A stretch of 64,000 bases of DNA from Lingula anatina (taxonomy: Eukaryota > Animalia > Brachiopoda). Shown in pieces: positions 52,359 to 64,000 of this stretch (the first letter of the stretch is position 1; every line of letters begins with the position of its first letter). The notes below the pieces were generated by a model that saw only the letters and a list, made by a program, of their open reading frames with translations, did not search any database and was not told where the DNA came from. Location: positions 17,608,001 to 17,672,000 of the forward strand of contig CM120646.1 in assembly GCA_051362555.1 (NCBI GenBank), read 5' to 3'. Made by a program: the position numbers and the translations under genes.

Positions 52359-55300
52359 TTAGTAAACACAATTATTTATATATTGCTGTGGTGTTCCATA
52401 TACTCTGGACAACTCTTGCATGTAGTCTTGAATATTGCCACCAGATGCTGCTGTCATCTTTTCAGGATGAGCCTGTTCTGAATTCTGAGAGCTCAAAGAA
52501 CTTACACAAGGGGGTGACAAAGTCTGTCCTTGATTTTGATTGTGTAATATAGTCTCCCCATGAAGTTGTTTGCTCTCTGACCTTTCTCTTTCAATTTGAT
52601 TCCGTGATGTCAAAGCCAGAGGCTGCTCAGTCATGTTGCTGCCTTGGGAACTCTTTTTTGTTTGATCAGATGATTTGGTATAGTCAGTTTTAAGAACAGG
52701 GCGCACATTGTCTGGGAATGCCATCGTAAAAAGTGCATCAGGGTCACAAACAAATTTATATACATATCGTTCTCCAGCCACCTTCTGCATTATACCTGAA
52801 AGCAAGTAAGCTTTGTGTTACATTTTTCCATGAGAAAATGTTTTGTATACATTTCCATGGTTATAATATCTATAAATAAATATTATAATTGCCATTTTCA
52901 ATATTTCTGAAAATGGGAGGAAATATGTTGAAATATTTTAACATGTTTACTCTTTAATAAGACAGTCAGTTGCAGAGACAGAAAATATCAAAATATCTAA
53001 AAAACAGATACTAGAAAGAAAAAATCCTTCTGTGGAGTCTTTGCTATTTGATATTTTATGAAAAAAAGTTATACATTATGCCACAAGCAACCTGAAGGCC
53101 TATGCTCTTACCTTTTTCATAGTAATATCTGAGAGACCGGCTCAATTTGTCATAGTTCATGGCAGGGCGGTTCTTTTGAATTCCCCATCTCCTGGCAACC
53201 TGCAAAAAAAAAAACACAGCAGAAATGAATGAATGAATGAATTTATAGCTTGAACAAAAAATAAGTATAAATAATGTATCAAATAATATACCATGTGATG
53301 GGAAGATTACCATATTCAAATTTTAACCATATTGTAGGGGTATCTGATTGTGTTTGGATGTGACCCACACAACATCTCAACTAACACAATGTAACCTAAA
53401 ATCTGTGCTGCATCATTGCACACAACATTATTAGTATGTATATAGCAAGGCAGTTGTCAGCCCAGCTGGAAGTCACCTAAGTTAGTGCAATGAAACTGTG
53501 CAGGGGCGATCTTCTGCGAGGCTGGCAACATAAAATGTCCTTAAAACCAACCTATTTTACACGCAACAAAATAACTTCAATTCACTACAATCTAATTACT
53601 CAGATGAACTGGTAAAATATAACATGCAATGATACCAATGTGATTTTTGTAAATAAGAAAAAATGGAGGAATATTTACAACCACTAAAATTTTGCAGCAC
53701 TGTAATCAAACATGGATGACGGATTCATGATCTTTTCAATTACCTCCTCTGGTTCAATAAGTTTAAACTCTAGGCCCCGTCCTGTCCAAGCAATGAAGGG
53801 AGTATTGGAAGGATCATCTAGTAGCGCCACCAGGAACTGCCACAGTTGTAGGGAACCTCGTCTCTGGTACGGAGGAGGCCCGTCTCTTCTGTAGCGATCC
53901 ATGTAGCCATAGATGTCCGCACGACCCAGGCCTTAAAAATGTTTAAATGTTAATTACAATAATATATAATTGCCATATATTTCCTTTGTCAGATCATAGT
54001 AATTGTATCAAAATGTGCTTGCATCAATAAATCAATAAAGTAATTTAATCTTAAAACATTACAATCACAATATAGATAAATTCAATTATAATTTAGATTA
54101 AAAAACAGGAAATAATGCTTTACAGATAAAGTTTCTTAAATTTTAGGCCAAATAAAAAATACAGATTTAGCAAAAGCCAAACAGAAAACATTTTAATCAT
54201 GTAAAAGCCAGTTATAAAACTTAATAAATACTATATAATGATATCAGTGAGATCAAATAATAACAATATCAAAAACAGAAAGCAGATCAAAAATAAAAAG
54301 GGGGATCATTGATGACAGAGGTGGAAATTATTTATTGATTATTTTATCTCCTATCTAATTGACTTATCAGTAGCAATTCCTGATACAAAGTATGCAAAAC
54401 TGCCCTCTCATCTTATATTTTGAAATCTAAATTTGTGCTATCTCTTTCATGACCTTAATTTTATTTCAATTTAATATTGTTACTAATTTTTGTACACTCT
54501 CATATAAATTGTATTTTACACTGAGGCAATTGTTGTTTAACAGTGCAGAGGTATCTATGCTACACTGGACGAGGTCTGAATGCTAAATTTCTCTCTAAAT
54601 ATCAACAAAATTGATTTAACATATATCTCACCTCCCAAAAAATGGTTTACTTATAATGCCTAAAATGTTGCTAAAAATGTGCACAGAAATAAGGGTAACA
54701 AGTTGGAATTTTTTTTGTTATTGTTTGTTTTTTATTTTTGATTCTAAAAACATAAATTCATTACATCATACTATATAGCAGTGCAGCTTAATATTAAAAC
54801 AAGTTTCTTTCTGGTGCATTTGAAACAAGAGGAGGCCTTGGTGTCATTAAGTTAAGCTGATTGGACTCAGCAAGAGTCCCCGCAGAGTTGGATTGCTCCA
54901 CGTAGACCAATGGTGTCTATGGGAATGAGGTTATAGATAAAGATGGAGCACAAAATCCATGTGTTGGCACTCCTATGAACAGTTTCGGTGCATATATCAG
55001 AAACCATAACGCATGAATTCCATGCTAATAAAGATGGTGTATATTAATATCAATTATCTCAATGGTACAAATTAGACAACTCCTGCGTTAATCTTTTCAG
55101 TGCTGAGGAGTAATTGGAGGCCATGATGGATGCTGTGTGCCAGGTTAATGACACACAGGACGGCTCCAGTGTAATGGTCTTTACTCCTTGGAGGCTTTCG
55201 GTAATGCCTTTACCACCCTTTACAACTTTAAATGTCATATCTGCGCAGTATTTTGCTGTGTTACGAATGCACAGAGGGTAAAGTGAAAATGATGATACCA

Positions 55301-55984
55301 ATAACAATAGACAGAGGAATAGAGAAAGACAGTGTGACTGTCTATAAATTAAACTACCGAGAGGGCAATCAGATTATCTGGCTGGGTACCTTAGGGGATG
55401 AAAAACTAAATGAATATCAAAGACCTCGTTCTGTTGAATGAATTAGGTAGAACTTCTACTTGTACTTGTCTTTGAGATTGATCATCTTAAAACTGATGGG
55501 CAATATGTTATTGCACTCTGCATCAATGAGAGATTTTAAAATTTCTTGTGCTTTACTTCAACAATGATGAAATGAGTGAAAGATGCCCATTCCCCACCAT
55601 TGCTAATGCTTCTCACTATCACAGAGGTGCCAATGGATGCTAAACCTGAAACAACTGCCATCATTTGCATATGCATCCATTTAACAAGTATGCATAACTA
55701 TTATTTTATTATTGTTGTGATTATTTATCGAGTTTTTCTGCTAGCTGTTCTGTTTCAAAAGCTGTCAGTGCTTGACTTCTCTGTCAGCATCAAAAATAAT
55801 CAATTTAAGCAACCAGAATGATACTTAAAAAATAATTCTCAAGATGTAGATCTACCTGTGTAGAATTAACCTTCATCTATATTGTATGCAGGTAAAGATC
55901 GAGAATGTGTCCTGTATGTGTTTGCATTTGCATGTGTATATGTAAGTCTGTGTGCACATGGGTGTGTATGAATGTGAGCATGTG

Positions 55985-56036
<52 letters not shown>

Positions 56037-57033
56037 CGTGTGTGTGTGTGTGTGTGTGTTTGTGTGTAAACCTCAGATTGCATGCTTTGAAATGCTTTTA
56101 CCTTCATACTTGCTACTGCAGTGCTTGTCTTGGTAGAGACTCTCCGAGTACCTCAGGTCGTCGTGAGAATAACTTTGCCGCATACTGTCACAAGGATATG
56201 GCACACTGCCTAAAAGATCAAGCACACGTGACTATAAGAGAAATAAGAACCGGCCACTAAACCTTTATAAAACCAATGATTCTACAGTTGTCATTACTTT
56301 TACCAGACAGGTTTTTGGATTATAAGAAAATGCAAATACCTCAGATAGTAGGAAAAAAATTGGTTAATTGGTTGCCTTACTTTGAGGGATCTGGGGTCAG
56401 ATTAAAAAGTATAAGCTAGTGCCAAGAAAAACTGTCACAAAAAGATGACTCATAGCCTTTACTTTTGCCCAAGTGATTATTGAAACATTTTGCCTAATGT
56501 CGAATTTTGAATATTGCTTAATAGCTACAGTGAAACAGAAACAACTGAAGCAATTTCATTTTTACTGTCATGGATTAAATAAAGTAAATCTGTTATAAAT
56601 TCAGTGAATTTAAAATTTAAATAGATTTTATAACAGGAAGGCCGTTTGTCAAAAGATCTATTTAAATCCCACAGAGACAGCATGAAGGACATAGCTGGAA
56701 GAGCAACTGTAACCACATTTAAGTATCAGCAATAATTATTAATCTTATTATCACAATGTGAGATTGATAGCCATGAAGGGTGAGGGGATAGGGTTCTAGC
56801 CAAAAAAGCTTTTGTTTTTCTTATCAGATCTTTAACTAACTGATCAATACATTTTTCTTCTTTTTTGTAAAATAATTTTTCACAACTTTCATCTATGGAC
56901 ACTTTTTTAAATTTCCAATTGTCCAAGATGTAGATCATTTCATTACAATAGATTACGTAAAATATGTCACTATTGTACAAATTGGTTATGTCATAGTCTT
57001 TTTGTAAAAAATTTGCTAGGACCAATAAAGATG

Positions 57034-57076
<43 letters not shown>

Positions 57077-60000
57077 TAGCTGTCCAATCCTTTATCTGCC
57101 AAAATAATTTCATGTATTTTATCCCTTTCCCGTGACCTCAAATCACCAAATCACACAAACATACAAGCTGCCAGTATGTAATTAACCGTATTCATCAGCT
57201 CCAGCTTTCATAATGTAGGTGGCATTAATTTTCCTTTTATCAGTTAATGAACCAGCTGGTTCAGGGCCCATAACAATGGTCCCTCCAACCTGAAGTGTCA
57301 TTAAATTGTACCGATCACCTAATGTGTTGTTTTATTGCTTTGAAAGCAGTTGAGCAGAGAGGTGGACTGGGTACATTTGGAAGAATTACGTATGATTGCT
57401 GGTGAAGAATGTAAACATTGTCTAATGATGGTCACATGGACTGTGAACTTCAGTGGGCATCCTCACTGAGATATGAGCCTGAATTAAATGAAATTTTCCT
57501 ACCCTCTAAAACAATTTTCTATAGGTAATGCATACATGTTATCAATCATTCCTCTCACAACCTGCAGGAGACGTCAATTATGTTTGAATTAAATTAATCT
57601 CGCTTCATGGTCACTTGTGTTGCTATCATTTTCACCTGTGGTTAATACACTGTGTAACAGTGTGACACTGTGTAACTTTTAGCTTTTGGCCTGTTTTTGT
57701 TATAACAAGAAAACAGAAAATATAAAAAACTCTATTACATCTCTTTTCCCTTTAAGTTTACAAAATAAATGCAATTTGTCAAAAAAGTTATATATTTGCT
57801 TCTTGATTTTTTTTCATATGACAACTTCTTTAAAAATAGTAAAGAAAAAATACTTATAAAATAGCTATATGAAAGTTTTTAATGCAAAAAAGGTACATTT
57901 CATCTCCCCTATTTCAAGACAATGGAAACAATAGCTTAACCTACAGTATCCTTTGCTTCATGACAGACTGATATCAAAACTTAATAGTATAAGTTACTTT
58001 CAAATTTTGATATTTTTTAAAAATATACCAAAGAGATCATCTGGTAATTAAGTTGAAGATAGACCCCTCTGATACTCTAGGGAATGGCTGTAATTTTTGT
58101 TCCAATTTGCAGAAATGTTAAGTGAAAGCTGTGAAGCATATTAAGAGGAAATAATTTCCTATCAAAAATAAAGCATTTACAGCCAGTTCAAAGCAACAAG
58201 CAATGTATTCTCTGTCACAGCTACCATGTTATTGCCTACCAATAAGCCTTTTTCACCCGAGTTATCATCTATGATTAAGAGTAACGTGTGAAATTAGTGC
58301 AGACTTAATTAGCTGTAGCAGAGCAGTGCGTGTCAGTAATTCATTAAGCATTAGTCAGTTTATAATGGGCCACTTAAATAATGTGAGCATTTCATGAGAG
58401 ATTGATTTTGCCCTGTATGCTGATAAAATGTTTCTTGTCTTCAAGCACACATGATGGTGATCGCATTAATGGGGGGAGTTTTCTCATGAGCGATCACTGT
58501 TGTCAATTTATTGACGAACAGAACACATGCACATCAAACCAATGTGGCACTACATAATCTGATGCTTCATGATGCTTCCGTCTTCTTCTTTGTTGAAATA
58601 GAATCATATAACACTAACAGAGTGTAAAATAATGTTTTATGTGTACAGTATTAGAATGAATGATAAATCTATGATGTTAAAAAAAATGATATTTGTGTCA
58701 ACTACTAGTACATGTAATACATGTAATGTAGTTTTAACACAAAAAATAACTCCCTTAATACAGTTCTTATACAGTCAGCTTACTATATAATAACAGACTA
58801 AACACATCTATGTACAGTATGTACATAGACATGTAAGCAGGATCTGGCTTGCATTAAATTTTGAAACCATAGCAAAGCCTATATGCAAATATAATACATG
58901 TACTGGTTACTAAACTGCACAAAGCATTAAGTCAGATCAACTGTACTATTGAAATACACTACTCAGACCACTGTATATAGGTAAGTGTTATAATATAATA
59001 TGATAATAATTCACTTCTTAAAACCCCAGTACACATGCCTCTTAGCACTGTTTACATATTATGTAGATAAATCTATAACTACACAGATAATTAAAAACCA
59101 ATATAAACTAAATGATACACCTTAACCAAAATATTATTTAAAGGTTTTTAATAAATTCTTTTTTTTTAATGTGCAGCTGTATATGTATAAATAATCATAA
59201 AATATATACATGATATACAGAACACTCACCCTCTGGTGGGCTGCTGCGTATAGAGAAGTCCGACCTAGGAAAACTGACACAGGACGGGCCCTCTGGAGAT
59301 ATAAAATATTACAATAAATATAGATTTGTTCAGATGCATTAGGTTATTAATAGACCGAATAAACTTTTTAATCCGCTTTGATTATTAAGGAAAGAACTAT
59401 TTAGTTTAACTTTACACAAATCAACTGCAAATTGTTTTTATCATTTACCTTTTCTTTTCCTTAATTTGTACATGTATTTTACATTGCGATGTCTATTCTG
59501 AACATATCTGGATCTTACAATCTAAATAAATATCATTATTATTTTAAAAAATGGAACATTATATTTTCTTATCACATTATATTATCTTATTATCAAAAAT
59601 GGACAAATTCATCATTTTTTATCACAATATTAAACAGAAAAAGGCACAGTGTAATGGATATTTTTTATGCACAATTGAGCTTCAGACCAGAATCATAATT
59701 TTTATATAACGGAGACTCAAGTAAAACAACATAAAAAAATAAAATTTTTAGTAAACAGTGAGGTACATATATATTTTTTGAGAATGCATTGGAAAGTTAA
59801 AGAGGAATGCATATACCAGCTTGTATAAAAACCATCAATGGAAAATTAACAAGATTAAAAAAAACACTGGAAAATTTGCTAAAAATTTAGTAGAATAGTA
59901 TCGTGCCATTACCACTGGAAGTTCAAAATCTGGTCATTATGGACAGAGCTAGTAATGCTCCAGTCTCCTACCTTCTTCACAACCGATCTCCCGAGGTTCT

Positions 60001-60210
60001 TGTTTCACAGCCAGCAGCCCCCCCTGGTGGTGATATCCAGAGTGTCCCGCCGCTGCCACCATGTTGTAGGTACTGTTGGCAAACTCCTGTTTAAACATGG
60101 GATGGTGGCCATACAGGGAAGAGGAGGTCATCTGTCGGTTGTAGCTGGCCATTTGTTCTGGGCTCATATAGCTGGAGAGGTTGTCTGCTGAACTGGTGGA
60201 GTGTTGGTAC
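52359..60210 (-). CDS. Pea3: ETS transcription factor, PEA3 subfamily (ETV1/4/5 ortholog); 3' exons only
   Basis: Exons 60210-59972 (..MFKQE..VKQEPRE, psiKxE SUMO-type motifs), 59292-59230, 53931-53744 ([40 protein letters not shown]), 53199-53112 ([29 protein letters not shown]), 52795-52359 ([30 protein letters not shown]..). These are diagnostic PEA3-group sequences. The 5' exons were not located. Confidence 0.95.
57034..57075. repeat. (ATT)n microsatellite
   Basis: Seen directly. Confidence 0.95.
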
Positions 60211-62695
60211 CTGGACGCAATAATATTTTTTATTAAGCATCACATAGTTATGCTGAATTAACACATTGCAGCTTAACTGACCTACATGTAGCTATCAAGG
60301 CTGAACCAATGAAGCATATCAGCACATTCATATTTGGTTTGAGAACATTAATAAAATTTAACAGACATGAGCCTGGATTTAAAAAAATACCTTAGAATTA
60401 GCACTGTGGGACCAAACATTTTATCTTGTCAATGATAAATCTCAGGACTCATTCAAATTAAATTTAAAATCTTGGAATTCTGTAATATCTGGCAGAGAAA
60501 GTTCATGTCTGTTCTGATAAAATAATAAGTCAATCTTCCTTATGGTAGAAACTGGATTGCTTACCTCAAATTAGAAAAAAAAAAGAACAGTCAACCAAGA
60601 AAGACACAAAATGTTTCTTTTTCAGCATTTATACAGACTTGTCTTGCTATATATTGATGAAATTACATGTAGTTGTTAAATTGTATTCCATGTATTTACA
60701 CTATTTGCCCTACAGCCAAAATTGATGAAATGGAAACACAAACAAATTAAAATAAAATGGTTTTCAAAACTGTAAACCATATCTGATGCATGAAGCTTAA
60801 TATTATGTATTACTGTTTCAAATAACATTGTATGGTACCACAATACGTCAGCAAGGTAAATAAAATATAAATAATGAGGACATTATTTAACCTTTCTATT
60901 TATCTTTTTTTAAACCATTAGACAAATAATATATTTTTACTATCATAACACACACACACACACACTCACTGATGATGAGGTTATCAATACAATAAACAAT
61001 TTTCTCCAACAGTGAGAGAAATAAAATTACACCAAACTTTTTACTATGCTTTTTATTAAATTTAAGTATTTGTTGTCAAATTATTGAACAAAAGAAAAAT
61101 TCATTTTTTAACTACATTGTTTGCAACGCAAGCACATATGTAACTTGTACCAGTAGTATTAAGCCTATATTAGCAACATCTCACTGTAACTGCAGCAACA
61201 ACCACAACATTATCACACTCTAACACCCAATCTTTCACATTTCATAAAACAGAAATACTCAAAAATATCGCCAACTTGGATAGCTAAACCTAGCTTAATA
61301 TCTTACATCTTTGACACTGTGGTCCTCGCCAAATCTTCCGTCAAATAATACCAAGCCTCTGCTGGATCAGTAGGAGTTCATACTTCTCTGTTCTCCAATC
61401 TCTTTCTGAACCGCCAATACCTCTTCATTGCCAATTATATCCACAATTGGGTAAATGATAAAATGGCTTAAAATAATAGCCCATTACTCTCTGCCGCAGA
61501 TGTAAAGAATTTGTTCACAGCGTGCTGACCAAATTAGTTCATCTGTATACTGAGTGATACAAGAACAATTAGCCAGCAATATCCTCTTGGCCCATCACAA
61601 AGCCACATCAACAAGTGTCGACCAAGTTCAAGCCATTCACGTATGAGAATTCTAAGAACCATAATGTCAATTAACATAACTGCTAGCTTTTTCTGAAGAT
61701 TTTAAAGCTGAATACGTGAGCCCATTTGAAAGTAGCACACAAAAACTTAGAAAAACATAATCGTAATATAGATATGGATAGGTAAACAAGAGAATCAATA
61801 TACTGTACCTACATCTCTGGGTCTTAAACACCAACAAAAAACATTTTCCATTTTCGTATTTTACGTCAATTTACTAGTAACAAAATTGTCATATAACAAC
61901 CATGTAAAAAAAGATTAAAAAGAAATTAAGTATTTCTAACAAAAAAGTCCAAATACTGTGTGGTGAAAATTAAAATTGCAAACCTGATTTTAAAAAAATG
62001 TCATTAAATGCTACATGCTTCAATTCTCTGTACCTGAAAAGCCACTCTAGTGCACATGTTCATGTGTGAGTATGTTGATACATAACTGATTAAGAATAGA
62101 AGTATATTTGCACAGTCCATTGAAATGATCATAAGAAGTGTGTGGGCTCAGATACACATGTACTGTAATTTGTGAGTATATGTAACACTACCGGGTAATC
62201 ATCCGTGTAATTATTTCACTTACCGCCCATATTTATTCAATTACAGAACTCGTAAATCAGTCAGCCGTAAAATGCTGTGTAAATTTTCATATCCATGCAG
62301 AAGTCCTTAACTTTCATCAAATGAAAAAAATGTCATCTTTGTCAGATCTTGTAACTGCACTTAGCATCTAAAGACTAACAATGACATGTTATTAATTATG
62401 GTCATTTCTGTTTGTGTCAAATAACCAAAGAAAATTTTCCTAATTCTACTTTAAGGACTACACTTAATACATTAACTTTCCTTTTAAACCAAAGGTATTC
62501 CATACAGCATATACAACCAGCCTTCCCCACAACACATCAAATATGACAAAAAAAATGAATAGAAAAAGAAAAAAAAACAATAGTGATACAGTTTGTTTTA
62601 ATACTAATTTTATCACTTCATGTACATGCAACAATAAACCAATGATAAGCTTTGCAAAAATGAAATCCATTTTCTGTTCAAATATTTTACTAGTC

Positions 62696-62726
<31 letters not shown>

Positions 62727-62805
62727 AAAAAAAAAAGAAGATTTCAGATAGTATATCCCTTGGCATACAGTGATATGTGGCCATATATTATAAAATCACA
62801 GTAAC

Positions 62806-62962
62806 CAGGGGCGGATTTAGGCCGTCTTCTGGGTCTTCTGGAAGACGGTCAGATTTTCAAGTTTACATTGTCAGCCATCTAATGAAGACGGTCAAAAATC
62901 GAAGATGGATCAACAAAGATAATTTGGAAGACTGTCAGAAAATATCTCTGGATCCGCCCCTG
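62806..62962 (+). mobile_element. MITE with CAGGGGCGGAT TIR and 5-bp TSD (GTAAC)
   Basis: Termini CAGGGGCGGAT / ATCCGCCCCTG; GTAAC at 62801-62805 and 62963-62967. Confidence 0.9.
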
Positions 62963-64000
62963 GTAACAATGAATGATAAACTAAAATTTTATATGTCAAA
63001 TCATCATAACCATGATATACAATATACTACTACTATATAGTTTAGTACTGATTGCTTTTTCTGCAAAATGCCATATAACACAATTTTAATCATTGTCCAA
63101 TTTGATGGATTCAATTTGACCCCTTTTCAGAACAGCAATGTAATTTTGGGTGAAATTAAGAACAATTTCTGTTAAAATTCTCATTTTCATAACGATTTTA
63201 ATCATCAAAATTGATTAGATAGCAATTAGATCCTGATTTTACAACCCATGTTAGTAAAAATAATCAATTCTCAGAGTTGTTTTGAGTTGGGAAGTATATT
63301 GTAAAGAAAGGGCAATGAGACAAGCTAGTAAAACAACATTAATTTGTTTTAAAAAGGATGAAACACAAACTTTATGTTTTTCACAGTGTACTCTAGGAGG
63401 TATATAGTGAGATAATGAAATCAAAATCTAATGATTAAAAAAGGAAAGTAGAATTCTAGAAGAAGGAAAGAAATTTTTAAAGCATTAATCCGTGCTCCTA
63501 ATGGACATGATCCTAGATATGTTTTAAGATCATTTATAGATATGTTTTGAGGTCATTTTAGATAGAGAAATGGAACTAAAATTTCACAAGAAAATCTCTG
63601 AATTCATATAATAAATTCTGGCAACAGTTATTTAATTACCCTTACTGCTAAAAGGCAAGAAACAGGATGTAGCATAAAATCATCATTATGCAGATAATTC
63701 CCTATAATCAATCTTCATCACTGCCCTGCAACTTGAAAAATGTTAATTTTACATTTAAACTCATTGTCAAAACCCTGCAGCAAAGCATTGATTAATTACC
63801 ACTATTTACTTTTCACATATTATTCCAGAGAACCCAGAAAATCAGTCTATGAAAATAAACTAGGAAATAATGTACAAACAGAAATTTTTTGTCTTTATTA
63901 ATGAACTAAATGAAAAATTAACAGGCATCACATGAGTGAATATCAGTGAAGTTAAATTAACTGTAAATAATTTTGTGTAGTAATAATTAAAAACCCCTGG

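Overview
Intron-rich, AT-rich animal genomic DNA, probably a marine invertebrate (taxon not determinable from sequence). Most entries in the ORF track are off-frame or microsatellite noise, so genes were rebuilt by splicing by hand at GT..AG boundaries. Positions ~0.5-46.3 kb look like a duplication-built innate-defence cluster. It contains: (i) two spliced, secreted genes for bacterial-type SleB/CwlJ (Hydrolase_2) cell-wall hydrolases, one with an N-terminal bacterial SH3b-like domain and one chimeric copy that took its promoter and signal peptide from a neighbouring olfactomedin gene; (ii) a tandem array of secreted olfactomedin (OLF) genes (three intact models, one 4xEGF form with a nonsense codon in a skippable exon, one pseudo-exon); (iii) a 12-exon guanylate-binding-protein-like gene with degenerate GTPase motifs and a C-terminal CaaX box (KRKDCVIM); (iv) a 9-exon coiled-coil-DD-DD-CARD adaptor that also ends in a CaaX box (RKCCVVS). 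The right end carries the 3' exons of a PEA3/ETV1/4/5-class ETS gene. There is also a 5'-truncated LINE, a Helentron-type non-autonomous element, several MITEs with 5-bp TSDs, and simple repeats. All gene models are manual and have no transcript support.
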